From Octopus sinensis (lineage: Eukaryota), in contig NC_043020.1 of the NCBI RefSeq assembly GCF_006345805.1, positions 9,796,001-9,860,000 of the forward strand: a stretch of 64,000 nt of DNA. The letters run 5' to 3'. Below the pieces are notes generated by a model. It worked only from the letters and a program-made list of their open reading frames with translations. It searched no databases and was not told the origin of the DNA. Numbering within the stretch: position 1 is the stretch's first letter; the number at the start of each line of letters is the position of its first letter. Shown here piece after piece: positions 38,606-52,164 of this stretch. A program made the position numbers and the translations under genes.

Positions 38606-38628
38606 TTAAACTTTCGCATCCAAAGGTA
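38606..38628 (-). CDS. Secreted Cys-rich protein A, exon 6 coding part (VPLDAKV*)
   Basis: atttcag acceptor, TAA at 38606-38608, AATAAA at 38514-38519; total CDS 411 nt, 136 aa. Confidence 0.75.
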
Positions 38629-38685
38629 CTGAAATAAAGAAACATGAGATTTGTAACCTATACCGAATACTTCACATCTCAGATA

Positions 38686-38750
<65 letters not shown>

Positions 38751-39204
38751 TCTCTCACACACACAAAATACGTATATATGTATATATATGTATGTATACA
38801 CACACACACCACACACACACACATATATATATATATATGTATTTCTTCTTTCGACTGTTGGTTCTCTTTAGTGGCTAGAGTTATCAGCCTCAGTGATCGG
38901 TGCCATTCATCGCGGCGCAGGGCCTTCTCCTCCCAGGGGACGGGTGAGATGCCGGAGTTCCTTATGTACCTCTTCAGCACATCCCTATATCGCAACATAT
39001 TGCTCCACTGCTCTGCTCGTTCTTACGCAGTTCAGTATAAAATAATGCATTTCGGAGCCTGCTGCCCTCCATCCTGCAAACATGTTCCACCCAGCGCAGT
39101 TGCGATGTGATAGTGATGGCCTCCACTCTAACTAACATATATATATATATTTGTGTGAGTAGATGTGATCGTGTTTGTATGTATTTAATTATACATACAC
39201 ACAC

Positions 39205-39235
<31 letters not shown>

Positions 39236-39874
39236 TGACAATATGAAAAATAACATTTACTGCGATGTTGCAATAGCATTACCTGTAATTCTGTAATAAG
39301 TATCTTCCGCCTTTTAAGACCAACACGTTTCAGTTGCACCGATTAGAAATCGTTGCAATTGCAACCCTATGATAAAACGGTGTAGTGTGATGGGCACAAT
39401 GAATCGAATCCTGGTTATCGACTGATACAGCTAAAAGGGGACATACATCCCACATAACTGTCAGACCAAGAAACCTTAGCAAAGATGGGGAGCTTCGAGA
39501 TACTTTTACACGGAAAACTTGTCACAATACTAGCTTTACGCATTCATAGCCACACAATACATATTCTAGAGCAGAACTGATAACCTGATCAAATTGCTGC
39601 GCTGAGTGAAGGGCTTGGGCAATCTGATATGATGTCAAGTATTTACAAACAGACTTCAATACTTTCTATAAACAATAAAATTTAGAAAAGTGTTTAGTTT
39701 ATCGTCCTTCCGTTATTTGCGATATTGTGTAGCTCTTACAAATCCGGTGAGTGGATAAAGATGTTGCGTACCATCTTTGACGAAATACAAATCTTTGAGA
39801 TTCAGTTCCTTTAACTGTGGTAGTAACTACAGTCGTAATGAGTAAAGTAAATAAAATTTTTGTGAAATACTTAC

Positions 39875-39960
39875 CACAAACATTTCCGGTTTTGAGTGGA
39901 ACCAACTCTGGGGCCATACACAGGGAACCGCTAATGCAAGCTCCGAGAGCTGATGAACCG
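39875..39960 (-). CDS. Secreted Cys-rich protein A, exon 5 (AGSSALGACISGSLCMAPELVPLKTGNVC)
   Basis: atttcag / gtaagt, 86 nt, phase 2-1; internal repeat of exon 3. Confidence 0.88.
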
Positions 39961-40373
39961 CTGAAATGAATCGAAAATTAAGACAGTCATTTCGATGTCG
40001 AGAATCTCAAACAATCATCGAACTGCGTTCTTTCATTAGTTCAATGATATAAAATGAATTCTTTAGTGCGATAATCAGTAAGCTTATTGTCAACAGAAAG
40101 AGATATTGCAATAACATTAAATTATACGATATAGACATGTTTCTTTACTAAAGTCATTGGTGATTCAGAGAAGTGTTTCGTCCTTAACTCCCGCGTGGAA
40201 GGTTAGTGCGATTATCTCTTGTGGGGCGGCAGGGGTGAGATAATCATTCCTCCAGATTAATAATCATGAACGGCAGAATTTGTAGAATTGACGCGTAAAT
40301 GAATGGAAATAGCTGAAAGCGATATCGAAACCCATGTATATACAAATATATGCATATATATATAATATACTTA

Positions 40374-40404
<31 letters not shown>

Positions 40405-41332
40405 AGATATATATATATAATTATATATTACGTATGTATGTATATTCTTTTATTATTTTATTTGTTTCAATCGTATCAGACGGGACTCCTATGATCTCAT
40501 GCAAACGTTGATTATGCAGTTCATCTTATGTAGCCAATCTGCAGGTTAATGAACGTGTATATGATGTTGTGTCTGGAGACAGTCATTTTTATTTTCGTGC
40601 CTTATAATGTAACACACGCACCGGTAAAATTTCCACCTGTCTCTTATTTTAATTTTCCTAAAATTTTCGTTGCATCTTGCAAACTTTTCAATAGTCTTGA
40701 CTCTCTTGCATATCATGTTGTACCTTAATATCTTATAAATACTTTCCCAAGATTTCTGTTGTTGTCTGCATATAATTTATGTAAAACATGATACTGGATT
40801 TCATAACAAGTATACAATTACCACACAAGAACCGATATACACATGGTCGTCTAAAAACTGGTTGTTAAACAATTTGGGCGTTAAATTGTACTGGACAAAC
40901 ATATCAGTACACACACATACACTCATACACACAAACACAAGCACACACAAACACACACACACATACACACACACACACACACAAATAAACAGTGACACAC
41001 ATATAAAGTAAATCTACACTGATTTTCCAGAATGTGTGAATTGCGTCGATGGATTATCCATTTTGTGGTTTTGAACCCGCCTCGTTTTTCTCCGCATTTT
41101 GTATTATGCCGAGTGAGCTTTTCCTGAAACGAGTATCTCTTAGATAAAAACTTGAATCACCCTCATCTCTATCCTCCTTCTATTTCTCTCTCCTTCTCTC
41201 TCACACACACACAAACACACGACGACATTAATCCAAGCACTCACATAATCACATACGCGTCTTAATATATACACGCAAATTAAAAGAAAACGATAGTTAT
41301 AATACACAACAAAATAAATAAAGTATTCTTAC

Positions 41333-41420
41333 GCAGCAGCACCGCTGGACAAAATTCCCAAACCAGCACCCAATCTCAGAATACATTCGGTACCGACGTT
41401 AACATTGCAGTTGGCGTCAT
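41333..41420 (-). CDS. Secreted Cys-rich protein A, exon 4 (DDANCNVNVGTECILRLGAGLGILSSGAA)
   Basis: atttcag / gtaaga, 88 nt, phase 1-2; internal repeat of exon 2. Confidence 0.88.
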
Positions 41421-41489
41421 CTGAAATATAAATGAAAATTTGTATACGCACAGTCGTATATGTATACATACATTCATGCATATATGCAT

Positions 41490-42330
41490 GCGCATATATA
41501 TATATATATATGTAGCTGGAAATTACAAAAAGCCAAAGGACGAAGACGCGTGTGTAAACAACATAGAGGTGTATTAGTTTAACGCTCGGGAAGGTGAGAC
41601 AGTCTTTTACGTTTCAAGCCTACGCTCTTCAACAGAAAGGAACACGAGAAAATAAACAGATTGAAGAAAGGAAGTCAGAGCAAGAGAGGAGAGGTGGGTA
41701 GGAGTGAAGAGGGAAAGTAGGTGTGAGAGGAAGGGAGGAGAGACCAGGGGAGTTAGATGAAGAGAGGAGGAGTGTTGAGCCCATGTGACGCAAAGGAGCG
41801 AAGAGACCGAATGCTCCCGTGCAAGCACGATACGAACAGAGATAGGGGTTGTAAAGAATGACCGGTAGAGCGGAAATAGCGCGAGGCCGAGGTGTCTGAT
41901 CTCTCGGAGGTGTTCCGGGAACCTGTCAGCCAAGCGGCGTCCCGTTTGAACGATGTACAGAGAAGGACAGTGGGAGAGCTGGTGATGCAGTAGATAACGT
42001 TGCTAGAGGTGCAGGTGTAGAAGTCAATGATATGATAATGGTCAATGATGGGTACCTGTGATGAGTGTGGTGTTGGAGCGGTAGAGGCAAGTGCAGCAGC
42101 GTAGGCTTGAGCAGAGGACCTAGCCGGGATGGTAGGTGGGGTGAGGGAAGAAACTGTGGGCTAGGAGGTCACGTAGGTTGTGTGCTCGTCTGAAGGATGG
42201 GAAGGAGAGGTTAGGTAAGATGTGCGAAGTGGAGGGGTCGGACTTGAGTCACGGGAAAACCCGGAGAATATTGCTGGAGAGGAAGGTTGGAGGGGTGGTA
42301 GGTGAGGGGAATCTGGAGACGGGTGACGGC
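41490..42330 (-). mobile_element. Penelope-like element 3' remnant (GIY-YIG endonuclease) in intron 3 of gene A
   Basis: Frameshifted TCTSSNVIYCIT..CPSLYI.QTGRRLADRF.EHLR motif. Confidence 0.75.
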
Positions 42331-42527
42331 GAAACAGGTGCAGGGAGAGAGAGAGAGAGAGAGAGAGCAGATGCAATATATACATATAAAGTTCGTAAGC
42401 GTGTGCAAGCGTGCCAGCTGGTGTGTGTATGTGTGTGTACGTGCGTGCCACTGTGTGTGATTGTGTGTATGTCCTTCTGTACGTGTGTATACGTGTGTGT
42501 GATGATGAATATTAAACTATTACATAC

Positions 42528-42604
42528 CGCACATGGAGGTCAAGAATGCTGCATTTCCTGCGCAGTCTGCTGCGGCCATGCAATTAGCAACGCTGGTCAA
42601 GTCA
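42528..42604 (-). CDS. Secreted Cys-rich protein A, exon 3 (SDLTSVANCMAAADCAGNAAFLTSMC)
   Basis: attccag / gtatgt, 77 nt, phase 2-1. Confidence 0.88.
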
Positions 42605-43715
42605 CTGGAATAGAATCGCAATAAACATGGTTATTTCTACATTGTACTAAACACGAATAGAATGCGTAAATGAGATATTAAATGTTAAATGTTGTTTGTT
42701 TGTCTCAAATGATAATTGTCTCGAGGGTCGCATCGTTAAAATCATTTACGAAAATGATTATGTGTAACCAATAGAATATGTTTCTAATCCAAAACACAAA
42801 AACATGATGGTGATTGATGTTGAAATTATCTCCTCTAATTATTTATATACACACAGTAATCAGATACGGATAATACGTAAACATATACATGCATACGTCT
42901 ATAAATACATATATACATGTATATCTGTATGTATGTATGTATGTATGCATGTATGTATGTATGTATGTATGTATGTATGTATGTATGTATGTATGTATGT
43001 ATGTATGTATGTATTATGTATATATGTATGTATTTATTTATGGGTGTATGCACGTCATTATTCAGTTTTAATTCAAGAATCCTTGCCAATAGAGAAAGAG
43101 CCGGTTTCTAACTTAAATCCAAAGTTCTTTTATTGCAGCATCAACAACATCAAAAAGGTATTTTTGCATGCATGTCTGTATATGTGCAGTATTTGGAGTC
43201 AGTACGTGTGTAAATGTGTATGTTTTGTTTTATGTATGTATTCTCATCCATGTATTTGCATATCTAGACAAGCACATATATACTTCAATGATAAACCTCT
43301 GGAACGTTTTACAGATATTTACAGTGCCATTGATGACTTGGGACTGTAGTTTTGGAATCAGCTTTCTCCTTTCTGGTTTTGAGATTCCCATGTTCTCAAG
43401 ATTGGTACTTAGTATGTTACATATATTCCATGCATGTATGTATTTATGTATTTATGTATGTAGAATGTATATATGTATGTATGTATGTATGCATGTATGT
43501 ATGTATGTATGTATGTATGTATGTATGTATGTATGTATGTATGTATGTATGTATGCGTACAAACACACATACGCGCATAAACACTTCAAATCGAATATTG
43601 AAAGGGACACTTATTCAAATAGTATAAAGCCTGTAGACGTTAGATTATGTTAGATGGGGTCAAAAGCAAAGGTAAAAATTAAAGAGTCCTTCCAGGAAGA
43701 AATTCATCATCTTAC

Positions 43716-43812
43716 CTGCATAAATCAGAACGGTTAAGGTTTGTTGCTACTTCGTTAATTTTGCCAACAATACAACCGACGGCTACGCCTGTATTACACT
43801 CGCCATATGCAC
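43716..43812 (-). CDS. Secreted Cys-rich protein A, exon 2 (GAYGECNTGVAVGCIVGKINEVATNLNRSDLC)
   Basis: ttttcag / gtaaga, 97 nt, phase 1-2. Confidence 0.88.
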
Positions 43813-45004
43813 CTGAAAACAATGATTAAATATTTAGAAATGTAAATATTTCTGGGGATTTTTTAATTCCTACAAATATATAAATCTATGTGATAATATA
43901 TTTGCAATAATTTATACGATATTACTAGGAAAGTATTCGTTATATATTCACCTGATATATACAGAGATTTAAACATCTATTGGATATACTCACACATTAA
44001 CATGTACATCAGCTCTATTGCAAGATGAAAAAAAATCAAATTGACTTATTGACACCTTAAAATATCAATCTGGTATATTCACCAATGAAAGATCAATATA
44101 TCGATAGATTAAACATTAAAATATATATTTGGATTAATGGGTTACATAACGGAATGCACATGTAGAGATTAAATTAAGATAGGGCATAATTTTATACACT
44201 AAGATCCATGGCTTGTTAAACCTATGTATATCTGTACTTATGTAGAGGAAACGATTGAAGGTAGCTTATAATCCAAAATCTACTGGGTAGGGTGGGAATC
44301 TATTAAACGCTCTCTATTCATTGGTGGCTGATCGAATTACAGATTACATCGAAAGATGAAAGACAGACACTCACACAAACGCTCACATTTTTTATTTAGT
44401 ATATTTTATGAATGGGTTAATTGGTGGAAGTTGGTGCCTATCTTTCGTTTCTCTCGTCTTATTCTCTGCCTTGACTACCTCCATTTCACGGTCTTTTACT
44501 TTTTATGCCATTGTCTTGACTCATGTCACCATTTTCATTTGTCCCCTTATAATACACAGCTTAATAGTAAATAGAGACATCGACCTTAGGAAATAAGATC
44601 AACAAAGAACATGTTATCTATTAACAATTCGTCGTCATCTACAATGTTTCATCTGTTGTCGATTTCTACAAATACAACCCAACTTTCAGATCAAATGAAC
44701 AGTGGGTAACCATTGGTTCCAATTTAACAATGTTTAACATTTCGACCGTCTTATTACCCTGAATGGTATTGTTTTGGATGGGGATTCTTCAAGCTATTGC
44801 ACTTCATGTAGGCCTTATCATTCTCACAGCATATCTCGTGTGTATGTAAATCAAACTCTACTTTCATCTCTCTATAATCAATAAATCTATCATTTAACAA
44901 CAAGTTATGTCATATATTTAGGGACTTGCTAAGCGCATTGCAACGGACTTCAAATATAAATTATAAAAGATATAAAGCAAAATATTATTCAAATCTGGAC
45001 TCAC

Positions 45005-45044
45005 CGGCAACAAAGAGGGCAGCAATAAGCATAAACTTGTACAT
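45005..45044 (-). CDS. Secreted Cys-rich protein A, exon 1 (signal peptide MYKFMLIAALFVA-G)
   Basis: ATG at 45044, 40 nt, GCCG|gtgagt donor; same length and phase as exon 1 of paralog B. Confidence 0.85.
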
Positions 45045-45130
45045 GTTGAAAGATGGTTTTAGTGTGACTTCAGACGGTCTCAGCAGTAGTTCAGGAAGGC
45101 GTTGAATACTTATAGTGAAAACTCTCGTTA

Positions 45131-45138
45131 TATTTATA
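45131..45138 (-). promoter_or_regulatory. TATA box (TATAAATA) of gene A
   Basis: About 87 nt upstream of the ATG, same 8-mer and similar spacing as in gene B; a second TATAAGTA lies at 45107-45114. Confidence 0.6.
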
Positions 45139-45879
45139 GGTACATATACCTAATTAATATTAAATACGTTATTGATTGCTACACAACATATGTTTTACCA
45201 TTCATTGCGATATTGTTTGAACATTAATTAAATTTCATTCAAATATTTCAATAGAGCACTTTCAAGATATTTTTAGCTTTTGTGTAAATAAATAATATAG
45301 TAATAATAGATTTTGTTTTTAGAATTCCTTTCAATTTGTAAACTATGAATATCGATATCAATGAATAAAGTTTTGAAATTAAGAACAAAAGCCAAATAAA
45401 TTATTTCCCTACCTCATTATAATTAACAGGTGCTACAATTGAAGAAAGCATACTATCATACAACTTGACGACTTTGTGATACGGTTTCGATTTCTGGAAA
45501 AGGCGCAATGACCATTGGAGCTCAAAACTTTCTCATCAATCTAAAATCGAGGATTATAGAATAGTGGTAATGTTGTTGAGGAATTACAGACTTTTCCGAA
45601 AGTAAACAAAATATCCACAAATAAATTAACCAACTAGCGTATGTGGTGTCTTGACCTGCCAATAATAGCAGCGAAATCCTTCTCATTCCACATATAACTA
45701 CTTTTTGGAATGAATAACGTTGTAGACCTAACTATGCAAAAGTGTAAGACGGCCATGACTTCAATGCCATTAATGATTGATCTGGTTGACTGAATTTAAT
45801 GGGTGGTGGTGGTGGTGCCGGGATGAGGAGGGGAATGAAAAACCAACAAACGATAATATTTTGCTTTTACGCTGTCGAG

Positions 45880-46680
45880 ATTTTCGTATAGCTCTATCAG
45901 GAATGCTCCAAAGATTTTCAATTGGGTTCATGTCAGGAGATTGGCTTGGTCAAGGAACCTTTTCGATCCCAGTTTCAGTCAGACATTGCTGATTCCCTTT
46001 CGCTATGTGACATAGAGCCCCATCTTCCATGAATAAAAGCCCTTTTTCCTTTATGTTATCGTGTAAATACCTCGGAAGATGTCATTGCTTTAGCATTTCG
46101 ATGTACTTTTCAGAGTTTATGGTTCCAACACATTCGATCAGCTCAGAACGACCATTGCTGATAACAGCTCCCCATACCATTACAGAGATACCACCGTGTT
46201 TCACAGTTGGTTGGAGTCGTTTCAAATCAAATTCTTGATTTGGAAGCCTCCTGTCCCAAACACGTTCACTGTCTGAAAATAATGCAAATATGGATTCATC
46301 TGAGAAAATCACTCTATCCAAAAACGAACTGGATTTTTCTGGCATCACCTTCGCCCATTTCTTTCTTTTTATGATATTAATTGGTTGAAGGAGAGGTTTT
46401 CTTCTAGCTGCTCGTCCATAATACTCAAGCTCATCCAGATATGTAACACACGTTCTTGGACTAACTTCTAGCTGTTTAGCAATGTCAGGAGCGTTCGATC
46501 TGGATTCGTTTTCCACACTTCTCTGCAAACAGCGAAGCTACCTTTCCGATGGCCCAGGTCGGCCGGGACGAGAATCTGTTGATTCTTTTACTTGACTTTT
46601 GAATTGCACTATAACTCTATTAACACTAACAAGAGGAATTTGAAAATTTTCGCAAATGTTTAATATAATGGCACCTGGAA
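45880..46680 (-). mobile_element. Tc1-like transposase remnant
   Basis: ARRKPLL, VIFSDES and [13 protein letters not shown] motifs; broken frame. Confidence 0.9.
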
Positions 46681-47378
46681 TGAAAAAGAATAATTACATT
46701 GTAAATTCTACACCTCTGAAAAAGTATTAAGACGGTTAGATCAGAGATTTTGAATATTAAATGTGTCTATTTACTTCCTGCATGTCTGTGTATCTGGCCC
46801 CATTGCCTCCTCTCACCTCCCTTGATCCACACTCCAGACTCATTCTTATTTTTCAAGCATCCAAAATGGTGAGACCCCTTTGACACCAGAATTGATTACA
46901 TCACCACGTCCCTTGAAAAGCTAATATAAATGGCAAAACCGGTTGGATATCACTACATCCAAAAGATATGCATATATTCTAAAAAAATTTCTTTATAAAA
47001 AGATATTAAACCATGAGAAACGAAGGCATTTCTCTTTCACTTCTATATATGTTTTCTACATATTTTCAAACCTATACATATGTGTTTGTGTGTGTGTGTG
47101 TGTGTGTTTCTGTATATGTGTGTATATATTTCAAAGGCGAGTCAAAAGTCACGCTCAAATACATGCTACAATTTTTCTAAAGTTGAATAAAGTAAAAACT
47201 ACAATGAATACACACGAACAAGATGAACAAAATGAATAACAGTAATAATAACGTAATATAAATATAACGGCAAATGTTTTCGTGCGGGATTTTTGGCCCA
47301 ACCTTTAGATAAATATACATACATATATATGTATATATAGGTATATATACATGTATGTATATGTATATATGTAGTATA

Positions 47379-47489
<111 letters not shown>

Positions 47490-47754
47490 CACATATATAC
47501 GTATACATATATATACATGAATGTCACCGTGATAACCGTGATCACCGTGACCGTCCAGGCTATCAGATTTTGCTACACACCGCTGGTCATCCAGCTGGGG
47601 AACACATACGCCATTGAAACCGAGAAACCGGGCCCATGAAACTGGTTAGTCGGGAAAAGGGCGCATTTATTAAATAGGTATATATGTATATATATATATA
47701 TATAATTATAATAAGAGTAGATCGTGTACGAGTAGGTATATATTTGTAAAAAAG

Positions 47755-48234
47755 AAGTTTGAAAACGCCACTATATTAGATAAATTTTAATTTTCTTATG
47801 AATTTTACATGTTTCGGTTCTTGAAAAAACGAACCTTATCAAAAATATAAAAAGTGCAATAGAAAAGTTCATAGTAGTTTCTTACTGGTCTCAATAGAAT
47901 CCGTGTGGTGGTGTTTTGTCGGTAGTTGGTATAATCGCAATATTATAGTTGCGTGTAGTAAAGAAGTTCATTATTCTTTCTTGCTGTTATCAAAAGGAAC
48001 CGTGTTTGTGTTCCAATGGAATAGTGGCAACTCCGCAACTATAATATAGCGATTATACCAACTACCAACAAAACACCACCACACGGATTCTATTGAGACC
48101 AGTAAGAAACAACTAAGAACTTTTCTATTGCACTTTTTATAATACTTTTGAAAAGGTTCGTTTTTTCAAGAACCGAAACATGTAAAATTCATAAGAAAAT
48201 TAGAATTTATCTAATATAGTGGCGCTTTCAAACT

Positions 48235-48236
<2 letters not shown>
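47755..48236. mobile_element. Inverted repeat (~200-bp arms, ~78-bp spacer) with a hammerhead-like motif in each arm; Penelope-like inverted terminal repeat
   Basis: Arms 47755-47953 and 48032-48236 are near-perfect reverse complements; TTGA(T/A)AA-GGTTC..GAACC-GAAAC-AT-GTA in both. Confidence 0.65.
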
Positions 48237-48333
<97 letters not shown>

Positions 48334-48794
48334 ACTATATGAATATATGAAAACCTGAAGATTCACAAAAAATATATTACATTCATATAAGAGAGATAAG
48401 CACTACGTGGACATCCATTATGCTAGAAGTAGTTCCACTATGGTCTTACCACTAAGAAAGGAATGTTCTCAAGAAAGTTTAACAAACGCCAGAATGTAAG
48501 CGAGCAAGACAAATGAAAAGAAACAAAATATAGATTTATCATAAACTAATTCCGCTATTAACACTTACGCAAATTACTTGCGTAATTGTCCGTAGCTCAT
48601 CAGTATTCCTTTGATGTCAACGCAGTGGTCATCATGTAAATGGTCGCGGTTTGTCTACACTAGAGCAAAGTCTCAGGTTTTTATGCCCCCACACGCATAA
48701 AACTCTTGCTATCATTCTGTGGATGTTACGTTGTATTCCAACGCGTAATTTGTAAATAAAACAAAACAACGTTACAATAATTTGAAAGACTGTA

Positions 48795-48883
<89 letters not shown>

Positions 48884-49644
48884 CTATCTATCTATCTATC
48901 TATCTATCTCTTTATATACACACACACATACATATGTATATATATATATATATATATACTTTTAGTTTTCACTACCTTCATCTCTACGTCTTTTACTACA
49001 CCTTTTATTAATTCTTCTTTATCTGCTGACATTTAGTAAATGAAGGTGTTTGTTGTTGCTAACAATTGCCCTAAATTGGCTCATTTAGGACGCTTGACAG
49101 TAGGTGATCCAGGTTAGTTTTGAAGACATATACATTCACAACATGAAGGTCTCTCAGTTCCTTTAGGAAGATACTGAAGAGATGTGTGTCCTTGAATCCC
49201 AACCTATTCAATATTTGATTCTCTAGTTTGTCGACAGAGGTGGGATTTTAGGTACTATGCAATGGCACTCTATTCTAATGTTTGTATAACTATCAGTTTG
49301 GACAAGTCCTTCCTGGATCATCCAGATGTATATTGCAGTATATCGTTCTCACCGTCGTTTCAGGGATTAGTCTTAACTACTTCAGTCCTTCCTAGTAATT
49401 CGTTTTCGCCATTGTGGCTATATTCTTTGTGTAGCCTCGCTGGACTGCTTCCAGGTACGCTGTTAATTCTACACTGTGCAGTGACCATATTTGGAAGCAA
49501 CAAACAAAACAGCTTAAGACAAAATGTCCTCCAGAGGACCATCACGATTTCCTGCTCTCCTCTAAACGTTATAAGAATCCATTCAGCCAACTGCCCGCTT
49601 ATCATTGCCTACTTAATAATATGCATATGGAAGAATGCGTAACT

Positions 49645-52164
49645 TAGTTAGTTAGTTAGTTAGTTAGTTAATTTGGCTCAAAAGCAAATAGCAAGGCCAT
49701 GTAGGGGGACATGGAGTTAAGTACAGGGTGGTGTTCATGTAAAGAGTTCAGGCCACTTGAGGTCAAGGGAGGCTTTGAACAAAGCGGTCGTCGGCATCTT
49801 CACCATCTCGTCTGGCAGCTTGTTCCACGGATCCGCAACCCGGTCGGAGAAAGCTCCTCTCCTTCGATTGAGATGAAATCGTCGCAGGTAGAGCTTTTCG
49901 GAATGACCCCGCAGCCGACGCTCTGGAGCAGGAGTGAAGAACAGCTCTTTCGAGAGGTTACACTTTCCGCTTATGATGTTGTGGGCGAGAATGAGATCAC
50001 CACGGCGGCGGCGTTTTTCAAGAGAATAAAGGTCGAGCGTCCTCAGCCTTCTTCATAGGACAAATTTTTGAGACCATGAACCATGCGGGTAGCCAGCTTC
50101 TGGACTCTTTCGAGATGCTGTATGTCTTTGAGGAGATAAGGAGAAGAGGCTTGAATCCCGTACTCCAATATGGGTCTCACCAGCGTGACATAGAGCGGTA
50201 GGAATATGCTGCTGTGAGCATTCCGAATGACCGTCGAATCAAGAACAGAATTCGCGTGCTTTGTTGGCAGCATGGACGCACTGGGCCGAAGGCGAAAAGG
50301 AGGAATCCACCAAGATACCCAGGTCCTTTACCTGATCGGTCCTCTCCAGCAGCAGACGACCCGGCTCGAAATCAAGTTGAGTTGCAGGAGGAGAGCCAAC
50401 AGGCAGATGACAGCACTTTGACACGTTCAGACACAGGTCCCATTCGTTAGACCACTTCCAAATTTGGTGGAGGCATCGACGAAGATCCTCTATATCACCG
50501 CGAGGAGCGACCAGTTTGATATCGTCGGCAAATAGAAGGGTGTGTTGCGTGAGGTCGTCGGGCAAGTCATTTATGAAGACTAAGAACAATAAGGGCCCAA
50601 GCACTGAACCTTGAGGCACGCCACTGCTCGCACTGGAGACGTCGGACCGCGAACCATTAACTTGGACTTGGAAGGAGCGATCTGAGAGGAAGGCACCAAC
50701 CCATCGTACAATATCCGGATGGAAACTATATGCTTGAAGCTTGACAAGTAATAGGCGGTGGTTTACCGAGTCAAAAGCTTTGGCAAAGTCCAATAAAACG
50801 ATGTCAACAGCATCACTATCATCGAGGATGCGCGTCACCAATTCTTCCATTACCAGTAAGTTGGTCAAGCATGATCTCTTCGGCACGAAGCCGTGTTGGG
50901 AATCAGAGATAGAGGCTGTGTTTTGGAGGTGGAGCATCATACTTTTCTTAAGGATGGTTTCGAACCTCTTGCTGATTATTGATGCAAGGGAAACCGGTCG
51001 GTAGTTAAGCGGGTCTTCGCGGCTCCCTTTCTTGAAAATTGGGCAGATTATCGCTGTTCTCCAGTCCGCAGGTAAAACACCCGTCGCCAATGACATATTG
51101 AATAGACGTGTTAAGGGCTCGCAGATGACCGGAGCCAACGCTTTGATAACCCGTGGGTGTATGCCGTCAGGGCCGTGACCCTTGTTGACATCGAGGCATT
51201 GAATAACACGTTTGACTTCGTCCCGCGTGATGACCAATCTAGGCATTGGAGGTACCGATCTATCAAATGGAGGGGGTTCACGACCATCATCTTGTTTGAA
51301 AATAGTTGAAAAAGCCTCGGCAAATAATTGACTCTGTTGATAAGGGTCCTCAATCGATACGCCTGTTGAGTCTACCAACGTTGCAATCTGGTTGTTCAAA
51401 CGGGAATTCCGTTGGACATGGGCAAAGAAGGTTTTTGGATTGCTACTGGCATTTGCCGCGATTTTGTATTCATAACTGAAGCGTTCTTCCTTTTCAATTT
51501 TCACGGCTCGGTCTCGTTGAGTTTTGTACACCTCAAAAGCAGCAGTCGAATCCAGATTTTTGAATTCAGCCCAAGCAATATCTCTGAGTCGACGTTCTCG
51601 TTTAACCTTCTTCATCACCCAGGGCTTGTGTTTCTTCTTCTTGGGAAGCCCAACGGGAACTGCCTGGTCAGTCAACCAGATTACATATGCTTTGAGGGAT
51701 GACCATAGTTCGTCAACTGAGGACAACGTCATCAGGGATCGCCAGTCCAGAAGCGCGGAAGCCTCCGTTAGAATTTCAAGATTAATTGCAGAGAAGACTC
51801 TACGTGGCAGCGAAGTAGTCGTGGGCATAGAAAAAGTTGTGTGCATGACGAACTTCAGGACCGCATGATCACTCTTGGCAAGAGGGGCGCACACAGATAC
51901 GTCTGACACTGATGTTGGATAGCGGGAGAATACCAGATCCAGCATAGATGGCTGCTGCCCAGACCGATACCTTGTCGGATATTCAACATGTTGCGATAGA
52001 AAACAATCTTTAGCCACGTCGAGAAGGGCCTGGCCGAACCGGGAAGATGTTGTACAAATTGATGCGGGCCAATCGATCGTGGGAGCGTTGAAGTCTCCTA
52101 GTACCAAACAGTCATGCGAAGCTGAAACGAATCTTATCGCTTCGAGTATCAGTGCCCAGATCAC
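49645..52164 (-). mobile_element. 5'-truncated CR1/L2-like LINE: C-terminal APE plus RT ORF (641 aa, 50239-52164), frameshifted C-terminus, (TAAC)n tail
   Basis: LGDFN, SDH, DFAKAFDSV, GVPQGSVLGPLLF and FADD motifs; tail at 49645-49671. Confidence 0.93.

Noticed and set aside
40822-40890. AG/GT-bounded 69-nt segment as a candidate exon 5 of gene A
   Set aside because: It has a stop in the required phase, while 39875-39960 fits the phase and cysteine pattern.
48545-48610. Minus-strand CTGATGA-GCTA...TAGC as a hammerhead
   Set aside because: Followed by GGAA rather than GAAA, with no recognisable stem III or cleavage triplet.
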